A DNA stretch of 64,000 bases, taken from Octopus sinensis (Eukaryota). Under the pieces are notes generated by a model. The model saw nothing but the letters and a program-made list of their open reading frames with translations, did no database searches and was not told the origin of the DNA. A program made the translations under genes and the position numbers. Shown here piece after piece: positions 12,085-25,131 of this stretch. The DNA lies in assembly GCF_006345805.1 (NCBI RefSeq), contig NW_021836313.1, positions 1 through 64,000 on the forward strand, read 5' to 3'. Position 1 is the stretch's first letter. Every line of letters starts with the position of its first letter.

Positions 12085-12290
12085 TGTGTGTTTGTTCCCT
12101 CATCATTGCTTGACAACCGATGCTGGTGTATTTACGTCCCTGTAACTTCGGCAAAAGACACCGATAGAATAAGCGCTAAGGCTTACAAAGAATAAGTCTT
12201 GTGGGTGGGGGGCGATTTGTTTGACTAAAGGCGGTGCTTCAGCATGGCCGCAATCAAATAACTTTAAACAAATAAAAGAATATTCTACAA
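12085..12290 (+). mobile_element. SINE family A 3' half
   Basis: GCTTGACAACCGATGCTGGTG...CGGCAAAAGACACCGATAGAATAAG...GACTAAAGGCGGTGCTTCAGCATGGCCGCA. Confidence 0.85.
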
Positions 12291-12329
12291 ATATTTCTTC
12301 CAAGTGTTTCGAACGTGGAATCTCGGCAC

Positions 12330-12960
12330 ATTTTAGATTTCTTGGTCTATTGTGAAAATCCTATTCACCCGATTTGATATTTATGCGTTCGATTGTGCGA
12401 CGCATGTTGTTGATGTTTTCTTCAAGTATTTATTGTATCCACTCTCGTTACTTACGTTGACTCTCTCCCATTTAACATGTTCTGCAGGTAAATTCTAATC
12501 GTTCATTCAAAAATGGTTGCAGCTGTATATTGGTTGGTATTATCATTGAATACATATTAGCACAGCTCTTTCGATCATATCTGGCAATATCCTCATTGAT
12601 CTGTAACATGAAAGTGATTGAGTTTCCCCCTCTTCCTCTCACCCAAAATCGTCTCTGATATAATGGTAACCGTAAAAGAAATTGGAAAACGTCTCGTACT
12701 GTGCTTTAATGTTATTTATAAGCTGTATGTATTCAGTATTAAGCTGTCAACAGTCATCTGTCAGTTCAACTTCATACACAAATATATACTGGTGTTGAGT
12801 GACGGTGACCCCAAAATGAATGATCTCAATGCCGTATTTTCCTTGCTGTCGCCAAATTTGCAAAATGCGTTGAAGAACGTGAATCACGTCGTCTCTCGCT
12901 GGTGCGGTTTCGCTGTTTTCGGCCAGTATCGCCGATGCTGCAAGGTTTGTAAAAGTCATA
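12330..12960 (-). mobile_element. Decayed Penelope-like GIY-YIG fragments (probably two)
   Basis: Minus frames give KPCSIGDTGRKQRNRTSE (~12860-12950) and FTCRTC*MGESQRK (~12440-12500), resembling the C..C..YIGETGR motif; many stops. Confidence 0.45.
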
Positions 12961-13587
12961 CCCACTACCCCTTTCATCTAGGACATCGCTTTTCAGAGTA
13001 GACGCTACCTCCCATTAGAGGGAGCAATGGAAATTTTGATATGGATTCTGCCAGCTTGCCGCCCTGTTTTAATCACTACTATCATCAGACGATAAGGGGT
13101 TATCTCTCAGTCGTAATCTGGTTGGTATTTTTTTTATTTTTTTAAAGATACTTTTATTTTTGGATAGAATATTGTGCTGTCTTTTTTCTTTTATGCGCAC
13201 TGTCAAATTTAACCCGAACACCCTGTAATAATGCAATCATGAAAATAAAAACAATAATACTAATTATTCAATAACTAATTTTATTTAGTTAAATTTCTCA
13301 AATACAGAAAGCAACACCAGACATGTTTCTGCCATATTAGATCCCTTCAGTAAAACTTCACTTATTGTTCTTACCGAAGTGATGAGGAAAGAATCAAGAA
13401 ACACCTGATCGATATTTTACAAGAATAACAACGAACAATTAGCATACGAAAAAAAAAAGAACTTTTAACTTTGAAGAAAATTATTCCAAGACGCCATTTT
13501 AGTAATTAGTGCGAGTGAGTTATTAATCAGCAAATCAAACGCTCTTTCTAATTTCCCTCTTGTAGAATCTGCTTACAAAAATATCTG

Positions 13588-13684
<97 letters not shown>

Positions 13685-13769
13685 TCAGTAAATTCGGTGC
13701 AATATCTTGTAATTGAAGTGTACCTAATTCTCTGAACACACACACGCACGCGCACACACACAAACATGT

Positions 13770-14520
<751 letters not shown>

Positions 14521-16332
14521 ATATATATATGTGTGTGTGAGTTTGTGTGTATGTATGTATGTATGTATATATACATATACATACATGTCGGGTCGTTCTT
14601 GGATGTATCGTGCAACCCAGTACTACGTGTTGATGGTCGAGCCGTCAGCGACTAAACCAGCAACACCACCGAGCTTCCTTGGTGAACAAGGTGGTTTTTG
14701 GACGTCCTGAAGAATGGGAAAAGGAGGTCCGTCAAAGAATGGATGAGTTCAGAAGAGTCAACGGCCATCCAATTGCATAATATATGTATATTATGCACGA
14801 GGACTTAGAAAGTTTTGGTTTAGTACCTAGGTGTGCCTTTTTGTCTAAAAGTATGCGTTAGAATGCAAGTCGGGATGCAGGGAACTGATGTAGGAGATGG
14901 AGAACTCTAAAGGTAAAGTCTGAGATATTTTGTTCATAGAATTTATAGCAAACATTTGCAAAAATTTCTGCTGTCAGAATTTCCGATGACTGTGGATGTT
15001 CTTTCACAGGCCTTCACCACTGAAAACAAATCATCTGTGTGGGTCGTCTAGCAGCTAAGGTGTGGACCCTCATACGTGGAAATCGAGGAGAGAATCCATT
15101 ATATATACAGCCACACATATACACAAAAGTTTGCATTCATTAATCATATACAAAGCGCAATATCACTGCCAAATAAACTTCCTTTAAGATAACATGTTAG
15201 AGCTAGTATATTTTCATATATAACTCCGTCACAACTAATAAACCATAGTATAATAACCATGTCTGGGAGCCACGCATACACACGCGCACCACACACACAT
15301 AGACACATATACTCACATACACATACAAGCTACAAGAGAATGCATTAAGTAATTACCATGTTCGAAAGCCAATGTTGCTGCCAAATACGCTTTCTTTAAG
15401 ATAGCGTGTTAGTATATTAGTATATGTAACTGTTGTTCGCATCTAATAATTTACATCAAAATTACCATCTCCCATGTCCCCTTTCATCTTCCTTCTCTTC
15501 TGAAGCTCAATACAGATGTTGATGAGACTGAGAGTTAACGTTGTTGACAGCAGAATACTTTAACCACTTTGTGAACTTCCCCCTCTTCTTTATCGTCTGC
15601 ATCATTTGCTAGAGTTTGAGGTAAATATCAGTAGATCCGAGAAAAGCACACACACAACCAACAAAACAAACAAACCAAAGAAAAACAACAACAAGCAGAC
15701 ATACAAACAAACAAACAAATCACAAATAAACCATGTTGATTTTTTTCTGTGCTTCGCCAATCCTGTGGAGATCTTTGAAGTATCAGAAACTACATTTTAT
15801 TTTACCAATAATTACTAAATTATTGCATAATCGCTACTTGTTTTACATTCTGTTCTTACAACCGTTGGCACCATTAATGCAGTCGTCAGTTGTGTATTTA
15901 TTAACACACCTCTTAAAGCAATGAAGATGGAGGGAAAAAAGGAAGAAAGAGACAGAAATGATGGACGAAAGAAAGGAAGATGGGAAATATAGCATAAAGA
16001 AAAATATATAAATGCATAATTAAAAGAAAGCAAAAGTGACAAAAATATACTGTTATTGAGTAAACTAATCGGAAAGCAACGTCAAAATGGCGTCCAAAGT
16101 TACTGGGGAAATATGGAAGAGACAAAAAAGAGAAAAAAAGAAAAAGAAAAGAAAATACGAAACAAAACGAAGTGAAAAAAAGGCTGTGAGGAACGTATAG
16201 TTATGTTCGGTCTCAGTACACTTGTTTATCAACATTTAGATTATTTGTGCTACGAAATTGCTCTGCATGTCATCTGCGTCCTATTATTTTGTCTGAAACG
16301 TCTATGAAAATGCGGATTTATTTATTATCATA

Positions 16333-17878
16333 ATCGGCACCGCTCTCAGGGACTACGAAGCGGTTTCAGGAGCGACAACCAACCGGGAAAAATCAGTGGG
16401 CTTGCGGATCGACACTAGAAGAAGCAAGTCTATGCCGTTCAAATTCATACCGTCGTTGGGCGCTTGACGGATGGACCGGTTAAAATGCTCGGAGTCTGAT
16501 TCGATCCGGACCTCCAGATGAACAAAAACTGGGACGTGGTAACGAGGCGGGTGACTACTCTCACCCAGAAATGGGCCGAGAGAAAGCTATCTTTGAAAGG
16601 TCGGGCAGACGTGGCTAACGCGTATATCGCGTCCATCATCTTGTATCATTTGACCGTCGTACATTGTCCTGACCAGCGTCTGATTACGCTGGAGCATATA
16701 CTCTTCCGGTTTTAGTGGAAGGGATGCGCCCCGATGGTCAGGTGGTCTATTTGCTGTCACCACCCCCTGCGTGGTGACCTGGACATGCCGTGATTGATGA
16801 CGCGCAGACATGCACTGAGGCTACGACATCTCCAGTGCTTCCTTCACGGTGAACAGGTGTGGTCACCGTTCGCCAGACACGTACTTCTGCAGCTAGTTCC
16901 TTTAACGGAGCTGCAGTCCTGGGTAAAACAGAGACTGAGGGGGTGCTTTTGGAAAGTGGAAGGTCTTCAAGCGCTCACAGCCCTCAACCAATCGGACACT
17001 GTGATAGGTGGAACGTCTACTTTGTAAGTGATTAGTGGAGGAAAAGTGCTATGACGTTCTTAGGGTGACCTTGGGAATCGAAAAGACCAGCTAGTTGCTC
17101 TTTTGCGGAGAACTTTTGGGCCGGGACTGATGGATAATTTCCAAAAATCTCTGGTCTGGTAGTGCTGCCGGGGAGCTTTGTCTGTTCGAAATAACCTTTA
17201 CAGGCATCGGAAGTGGCGTCAACCGAGCAAGTGTGAGATACGCGCAGGACGACGAGACGGTCCTGCATACACTCGTCCAGTGCTCGAGCATTGCTGACCT
17301 GTGTGTTTATGTCGAACACTTGCTAACGCGTGTGGAATGGATCCGGCTGTCAATTGAATCCATCGAGAAGATCGCCCCGCTGCTTTCCTTTAACCGGGAA
17401 GGAAAGGCTGTTTTTATATGCATCGTGGCCTTGGCGAAAGAGATTGTATGGTGGACGAGATTGAAGAGGCTGAAAACAAATACTTTTCTCTTTGGCCAAT
17501 CCCTGATGAACTTCTTCAAGTTTACTTAAAAAGGAAAATAAGGGCAGAAAAGGGAATGTTGTCTTCTAGTCAGTTTGCATAAAGGTCGATGAAACTGGCG
17601 AGAATGGTGCGAGTGAACGGGCCTGCCCTGAGCATACGCCCCGAAAGTCAGTGTACCCATGGCTTTTTTATGCGGTTTTTCCATGAGCAGCCCTCGAAAC
17701 TCCTCCCTATTGAGGGTTGCATATTGCTGATTTCTTTCTTCCTCTTCTTTTTTTAAAAAAAATGTTCGCCTTATTTACACGCAAAACCCTCACAACAGAC
17801 ACGCATACAGACACACACATTCTTTGTTTTGTCCTGTACTGTTCATAATGTTTTTCGTAATGTAAACTCATGTGGTTA
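16333..17878 (+). mobile_element. Tx1/L1-type LINE, 5'-truncated and disrupted
   Basis: LGV*FDPDLQMNKNWDVVTRRVTTLTQKWAERKLSLKGRADVANAYIAS; C-terminal DETVLHTLVQC knuckle; homologous to 30900-32260; ends near AATAA before (TTA)n. Confidence 0.85.
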
Positions 17879-17881
17879 ATA

Positions 17882-17978
<97 letters not shown>

Positions 17979-18013
17979 TATTATTATTATTATTATCATT
18001 ATTATTATTATTA
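17879..18013. repeat. (ATT)n microsatellite
   Basis: Direct reading. Further (ATT)n tracts at 19032-19078, 19859-19892, 23831-23858, 26666-26781, 28324-28397 and 28814-29065. Confidence 0.95.
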
Positions 18014-18987
18014 TCATGCCTTTGCACAGCTTCTTATTTTCCGAGCACCTTCCGGAGTATTCGAGCGGCTCCAAGCAGTGCAAATCCTCCATCCTTATTG
18101 CAGCCCCTATTTGTTCCACGTACTTCTCAAGATTTTTACTCACTGTTCCCAGGGATCCGACAATTATTGGTACTACTGCTATCTTTTTCATCGACCACAA
18201 CTGCTTAACTTCCCAAGCTAACCTGTCATATCTCTCGACTTTTCTTTCTTCCTTTTCGCATACCTTGTTGTCAGCTGGGCATGCTATATCTATGATCCAG
18301 CATACCAATTAAAACTATGTCTGGCTTCCTGTTCTCTATCTCATGGTCGCACTGAATCATAAAATCCCATAGGATCTTTGCATTTCTATTTTCGATGATG
18401 CCTTCAGGTTTGTGATCGTACCAATTTTTTGCTCTGTCAAGTCCATACTTGTTGCAAAGTGTCCAATGAACAAACCTGGCTATATTGTCGTGGCGTCTCT
18501 TATATTCCTTCTGGGCTAGTGGTGTACATTGGCTGGTAATATGCTATACGGTTTCACCGTTCTGTCCACACCTTCTGCAGTTATCACTTTTTGCTGTGTT
18601 GTCTATTGTGTATTTTATGTAGTTTGTTCTTAGTGCTTGCTCTTGGGCAGCACAGATTAGAGCCTCCGTTTCCGGCTTTCAATCACTTTTAGTCATCTAC
18701 AGCCATCTTTTTTCTCTGTCTGTCTTATCTTCAACATCTCTACATACCATGCTATGTTGTTTTCTTCTGCTCTAATGCTGTGTTCGCATCCAATCAGTCC
18801 TCTTCCCCCACTTTTCCTTGGTACATACAGTCTGTCTGTGTCACATTTTGGATGCAGTGACTCATATCTAATTAGCAACTTCCTTCTCTTTCTGTGTAAG
18901 CTGTTTAGTTCGTCTACTGTCCATGCGATTACCCCTGCTTCATATCTAAGGTGTGAAACCGACCAGGTGTTGCTAGCTTCGATCTTC
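18014..18987 (-). mobile_element. R4/Dong-type RLE LINE, 5'-truncated
   Basis: KIEASNTW...LHPKCDTDRLYVPRKSGGRGL, RHDNIARFVHW, IIDIACPAD...KVERYDRL...VPIIVGSLG (PD-(D/E)xK endonuclease). Confidence 0.85.
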
Positions 18988-19004
18988 TTCTTCTTCTTCT
19001 TCTT

Positions 19005-19078
<74 letters not shown>

Positions 19079-19079
19079 G

Positions 19080-19425
19080 TCATCGTTTCGGGGTCGATAA
19101 ATAAGTACTAGTTTTGGACTGATGTCGACGTAACTGACTATTCCCCCCCTCCAGATTTCAGGGCTTGTGCCTAAAGTAGAAAGGATTATTATTATAATTG
19201 TTATTCAAGGTGGCTAACTGGCAGAGTCGGTAGAGTGTCGGAATGTCATTCGGCCTTTTACGTTCTGAGTTCGTATACCACCGATGTCTCGACTGTACCT
19301 TTCATCCTTTCGGGATCGATAAAATAAGAGCCAGCTCAGGAATGGGGTCAATGTAATCGACTTGTCTCCTCCTCCTCCTAAAATTGCTGGCCTTGGGCCA
19401 AGATTAGAAATAATGATTTTTATGA
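19080..19425 (+). mobile_element. Two tandem SINE family B copies (partial plus near-complete)
   Basis: 3' half at 19080-19195 with ATT tail; second copy at 19207-19425. Confidence 0.7.
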
Positions 19426-19439
19426 GTATAAAGCTATTA

Positions 19440-19730
19440 CATGCCACTTTAGTTGGCAGGGTTGTTGTCTTGTGACTTGGTGACAACAAGTCTCCTCAAA
19501 TCTCTTGAGTATTTCTAAGGATTCTTAAAGCTTTTAGGATGTCACTTTCTGTCGGTCGACAGCGTGAGTTTCAATTCAAATATTCTTCAGTCTTTCCGGC
19601 AGCCGTTTGGTTGTTGTGCCAAGTGCATCTGTTAGCACAGGAGCAACTTGTCACTTTTCACTTCCACAAACTCTTCGTCTCTCAAGAAAGGTCCTGATTT
19701 TTCTCAATTTTCTGAATTTCTTTCGCATCC
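19440..19730 (-). mobile_element. R4/Dong-type RLE C-terminal fragment
   Basis: Reads KEIQKIEKNQDLS*ETKSLWK...APVLTDALGTTTKRLPERLKNI (K..KY.DL...LW...P+++GALG pattern). Confidence 0.65.
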
Positions 19731-19858
19731 TTTCAGAGTCAACAAAATAAAAAAGAGAAGTATTACTCAAGTCCTGCAGTTGATGTAATCAACAGACACA
19801 CCACTACCACCGCCACCGCCACCCCTCAAATTTCTGACCTTGTGCCAAAATTTGGAAC
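19730..19858 (+). mobile_element. SINE family B 3' part
   Basis: GTTGATGTAATCAAC...CCCCTCAAATTTCTGACCTTGTGCCAAAATTTGG followed by (ATT)n. Confidence 0.6.
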
Positions 19859-19859
19859 G

Positions 19860-19892
<33 letters not shown>

Positions 19893-19895
<3 letters not shown>

Positions 19896-22800
19896 TAGTT
19901 TTATTTTTATAGCGTGCTTTCACTTCACTACCGAGCGCAGCTCTGTGTGCCTTGGGTATGTGCTGTGATTTGTTGTGATGCTCTGATGGTTATTGTATGG
20001 AAAGTGTTCTGCGTAGGATGTGTGCAGTGCCTAGTAGTGCAATTTTCTGTATGTTATATGTGTTTGTAAGTCCTGGTGTTTTTGTTATGTATTTGTCTGA
20101 ATATTTTTTTATCATGCCTAATGCACCTACTATGATAGGAATTGTTTCTGTTTTCAGGTTCCACATTCTAGTTATCTCTATTTCCAGGTCTTTGTATTTT
20201 GAAAGTTTCTCCATTTCTTTTAGAGACACGTTGTCATCTGCCGGTATTGATACATCAATTAGAAAGCATTTTTTTTCTTCATGATCTCTGACAACTATAT
20301 CTGGTCTGTTGGCCTTAATTTCTCTATCTGTGTGTATCGGCATATCCCAGAGTATGGTTGCTTTCTCGTTTTCTGTGACCTTTTCTGGTGTGTGCCTATA
20401 CCATCTTTTTTCTGTTGTTATTCCATAATGTTGGCATAGCTTCCAATGTATGTAGGTTCCAACTCTGTCATGTCTGTGAATATATTCCTTCTTAGCCAGG
20501 ACTGGGCAGCTAGAGATAATATGATTTATTGTTTCTTGTCCATCTCCACATATTCTGCAGTTACTTGTAATATTTCTTTTCATTACATGTTTTTGGTAAT
20601 TTCTGGTGGGGAGGCTTTGGTCTTGTGCTGCAATTAAAAATCCCTCTGTTTCTGCTTTGAGTCTTGAGCTTCTCAACCATTGCTGGGATTTTTCTTTGTC
20701 TATTTCTTTTGCGTTTAGTTTAGTGCAGTACTTACCATGAAGGGGCTTTTCTTGCCATCGTTTTATCATGGCTCGTTGCTGTTCTATTTTTAGTTTGGAT
20801 TTCATTTGTTTTATAGCTTTTGTTGTTTCTTCATCATCTTCTTCTTCTTCTTTGTGTTTATTAGGTGGTATGATTTCTTGTTTGTATTTGTCAGCTTCCT
20901 TAAATACTGAGAACAGTTTTTTGTTTTGCTCGTGTTTTGCTGCTATCTGGATCAGTTTTCCTTCCTTCTGAATTAGGTATTTTTGCAGTCCTATGGTGGT
21001 TATTTTATAGTAGTTTTCCAGCTGCATAAGGCCTCTACCACCTTCTATACGTTGTATATATAGTCTTTCTATGTCAGATTTTGGGTGATGCATCCTAGAT
21101 CCTGTCAGTATTTTTCATGTTTTCCTATCTATTTTGGACAGTTCGTTTCGTGTCCAGTTAAGGATATTGTAGCTGTAACTTATAACTGGGACAGCTAAAG
21201 TGTTGATACCTATTATCTTGTTTTTAGCATTGAGCTCTGTTTTTAGTATTGATCTAACTCGTCTATAATATTCTTTTTTTATTTTCTCTTTCATTTGTGT
21301 GTGTTGTGTCTTATCTAGTTCATGGATTCCTAAGTATTTGTAAGTTTGGCTTTGGTCTAATTCTTTTATTTCATTGGCTTTATCTAGTGTGATGTTGTTA
21401 CTCTTAACTAGTTTTCCTCTTTTCATGGTTACTTTGGCGCATTTTTCTAATCTAAATTTCATATCTATTTCTTTGGTAAATCCATGAACTGTCTTTAATA
21501 GTGTTTCCAGCTGTTTGTCATTTGCAGCGTATAGTTTTAGGTCATCCATATAAAAGGTGGCTGATCGTTTTGCCGTAACATTTATATCCGCATCCAGTTC
21601 TATTTAGCATATCAGATAGAGGTGACAGTGTCAAGCAGAAAAGGAGTGGAGAGAGCGTGTCTCCCTGGAATATTCCTCTTCTAATGGGGATGTCTTTGGT
21701 TTTCATGAGTCCCTCTTTTGTTTGGAGGTGTAGGACTGTTTGCCATTTATTCATAGAGTGCTCTATGAATTTTATGATTGTTGGTGCTACTTGTTAATGG
21801 CTAGTGTTTCGAGGATCCATGTGTGGGGGATGCTATCAAACGCCTTTTTGTAGTCAATCCAGGCCATACTGAGGCCTTTTTCTTTCTGTGGCTGTCTTCA
21901 GTTACGGCTTTATTAATCATTAGTTGATCTTTACAGCCATATGAGCCCTTGCGGCATCCTTTCTGCTCTTCTGGGAACAGTTTGTTTTCGTCCAGGTGCT
22001 TGTTCAGCCTTTGCGATATCACTGCAGTAAATGCCTTGAACATAGTAGGGAGGCAGGTTATTGGTCTGTAGTTTTCTGGTTTTGTTGTTTCATTTGATTT
22101 GGGAATTAAGATGGTTTTCCCCTTCGTGAGCCATTCAGGCATTGTCTCTGGCTCTGCTAGTACGTTGTTAAAGTTTTCAGCCAGCTTTTTGTGCATTCCT
22201 GTTAGATATTTCAACCAGAAGTTGGGGATCTTGTCATGCCCAGGTGCCTTCCAGTTGCTTAGTTTTTGCAGTGCCTGGGTGACCTCTTCAGTTGTTATGG
22301 GGGTCCAAAGTTGTTCAGATGCCGAGTTTGTTATTTTCATACTCCTTTTTTTGGCTGTTCGTTCGCCGACCATATTCTCTCCAGAATTCTTCCAATTCTT
22401 CTGCCGTTGGTGCTGCAGTGACTTCTATTTTATTTTTGCCCAGTCTTGGTAGAACTTTTTGGGGTCGGAGTTGAACTTTTTGTTCTGTTCAAAGAAGCGT
22501 TGGCGTTTCTCGTACCGGCGGATCCTTTGAGCTTTGGCAAGGATATCTTGCTTCAGCTTTTCTTTTATCTCCGGCAAATCTTTTTCTGTGATGTTATATT
22601 TGCGGAGCATTTTTGTTCCCTTTTGTTGCTTAGTAGCGTTGCTTGTTTGCTGATTTCATTAAGAATCGACAGGTCTTTTCTAATTTTTTAAATTTTGTTT
22701 TGGATGTTATTTATCCACAGGGTTTGTTTGGGTGGTGGTACTCCTGTTTGGGCGGGTTTGGGTGAGTATCCAGCTTCTTTTGTGGCTGCAGTGGCTGCTG

Positions 22801-23830
22801 CGTATATCAAGTCATTTAGTTCAGTGATATCACTTTTTTTTGTTTCAGTGGCTAGTTCAGTGACGGCTAGGTTATGTGTTTATAATTGGTGTTGTTATTG
22901 CGTTTATTTTTATTCTTGGGAGGTATGGTCGGTGGTCCATTTGGGCTCTGTGTTTTCAGTTCTTTGATTATTTTATTTTTTATATTATCATAATCATTAG
23001 GCTCCCCTTCGTTGTTTACATCGTGATTGTTGGGAATGTTGCGTTTGTCTTCGTGTTACAGTTTCAGTGTTTATATTATTGGGCATTGTTGTGTGGCTTC
23101 TATCTACATTTTCCTGGGTATTTTTTCTTTTAAATGTTCTATTTCTATTTCTGATATTTTTTTGGCTTTGAGAATGTATCTTCGTTACGTTAGCTAATTA
23201 TTAGGGTTCATTGCTGTATCCAAGTCTATATCTCTATTATTTTCCTTCCATATTTTATATGTATGTGTGTTGTATTTTCATTTGTGGGTAGAGCATTGCT
23301 GTGAAGTATGCGTGTTAAGATAGAAATGTATTCCTCACGTGTCCATTTACGTCTTTTGGGTTTTAATTGCGCGACATGAGGTACAACGTCCGGCCCATTA
23401 TTTTGACGGTCGTCATTTTCGTAGGGTACCGGTCCGTTTATTTCTGTTGTCACATTATTTCGCACGTGTAGTTTTTCGTACATTTTTTGTTGTAGGTTTA
23501 ATGTACGTACCGCTCGATTGTTATTCTTGGGTTAAATAGTATCGGTGGCATTTAATTTCTTCGTCGTTCCTTTGTACATGGTGTTTGAGGTCGGGGATGA
23601 TCGTGTTGTTCCACGCATGTTTACATGTGTTGTGTTAGAGGTGGAGATAATATCGAGTCAAAATACATAATTTCGTTTCGAAAATAGTAATAAATTTCAA
23701 TTAGTATTACTTACTCGGATATAGTCCAATTCTTTGTTAGTAAATCTTTGGCTCCATAGGGTGTCCTTGTTTTCGATGTTTGTGGATAGATTTCGGAGCT
23801 CTGTATTTTCCTTCTTACATCTTAAACGTC
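19893..23830 (-). mobile_element. Apparently full-length (~3.94 kb) R4/Dong-clade non-LTR retrotransposon
   Basis: N-terminal KRRKWTREEY; RT motifs WKAPGHD, NYRPITCL, EEQKGCR, WIDYKKAFD, GIFQGDTLSPLLF, YMDD, YKYLG; C-terminal CRICGDGQETINHIISSC, RHD, RPDIV, IDVSIP, EKLSKYKDL (CCHC knuckle plus RLE). Bounded by (TAA)n on both sides. Confidence 0.93.
19990..23483 (-). pseudogene. RT-RLE polyprotein ORF of the Dong element, interrupted
   Basis: Collinear ORF pieces at 23226-23483, 22425-22610, 21801-22373, 21542-21754, 21115-21549 and 19990-21093; one in-frame TGA at 21115-21117 and several 1-bp indels. Confidence 0.85.
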
Positions 23831-23858
<28 letters not shown>

Positions 23859-23862
<4 letters not shown>

Positions 23863-24070
23863 CGGCGACGTATCAGAATCGACATAACAGAATCGACAAT
23901 ACTTTGCGGCGCTATTTGTTCAGGCTTTTTACGTCCTGAGTTCAAATCCTATTGAGATCAACGTTGTCTTTCGTCATTTTGGGGCAGATAAAGTACTGGA
24001 ATGAATAGTAAGGATCAACTTTCTCACCGAGATTTCAGGCCTTGTGCCATTGCGAGAAAAAATTATTTTT
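23859..24070 (+). mobile_element. SINE family B, degenerate
   Basis: Starts CAGGCGGCGA...CAGAATCG; ends AGATTTCAGGCCTTGTGCC. Confidence 0.65.
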
Positions 24071-25005
24071 GTGAAACACCATGGTTTGACAGAACAGGTA
24101 CAACGTCTGATAATAATGCCTTGTGGTGTTTATTTTGGATTGGGTCCCTCTGCAGTTTGTGTTCGTGTCTCGCCAGGGCTGACTTTCAGGATAAAGGAAC
24201 TAAAGTATCAGTAAGAACTGGGGTGGATATAATCAACTAGTCACTTTTATTTAGGTCTTAGTAACCTTGTGACCTCATGACCTCATGACCTCATGACCTG
24301 GTGTCAGTGTCACTAGCCAGTATCATTCGTTATAAGAGAGGAGAACAGAACGATTTCTTTTTTACATTTTGGTTTCAAACCCCACCGACGTCTCTGCTTT
24401 GATTTTCCATTATTCCGAAATCGATAAATACAAATCGATCACTAGGCTTCGTCATTGTCCATTATGACCTTCTTGTTCACCCTTTCATTCTGATTCTTAT
24501 ACTCCAGACATAATTTCGTATTCTTTGGAAATTTCCATTCTTCCTTATGACATTAATTAGATTTCTTATACACTCGCCACCCCCATTCTTCCTTTTCTCA
24601 CCCACGAGGTACTCTTCTGCCTCTTTTATTTCCATATACTCACTTTTGTCCCCTCTTTTTTGTTCACTTTATTCAATATATAACTTATCGATCCTTCTCC
24701 TTTCTCCTTTTCTTCTAAAAATAACATATTTTGAACTTTCTTCTTATAATTCCTTTAAACCCTTTGTTACCAAATTTCTCTTCAAATACACATTTTGAAA
24801 CTAATAAAGAATTCAGCAAAATAACTTTAACATTATTAAGTTAATGTTTGGAACGTAAATTTAGCACGATGTTTCTGCCTATCTATTTGTCTGTCTGTCT
24901 GCGTGTCTGTCTCTCTGTCTCATACCATTGTATGATTCAAATATATTAAGTCTTCATTCCTCCTCCCAAAGCTCTTCTTCTTTTCTCTTCTTTTCTATAT
25001 ATTTT

Positions 25006-25131
25006 TCTTCACTCTGATGAAGCTCCATGTCCCAGATCGGATGTGTTACAAAATATGACGAATATTATTCTCAGAATTTTCTTTGGCAACACTGTAGGAC
25101 ATTGGAAGCAGAAACGGCTGTTAGATGGGAC
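25006..25131 (+). ncRNA. Candidate hammerhead with greatly extended stem II loop
   Basis: CTGATGA (25014-25020); GCTCCATGTCC pairs with GGACATTGGAAGC (25097-25109); GAAAC-GGCTGT-T; AGATGG pairs imperfectly with upstream TTCACT. Confidence 0.45.

Noticed and set aside
13050-13092. CUGAUGA-UAGU-AGUG-AUUA-AAAC on the minus strand
   Set aside because: G12 missing and no stem I/III pairing; at most a fossil.
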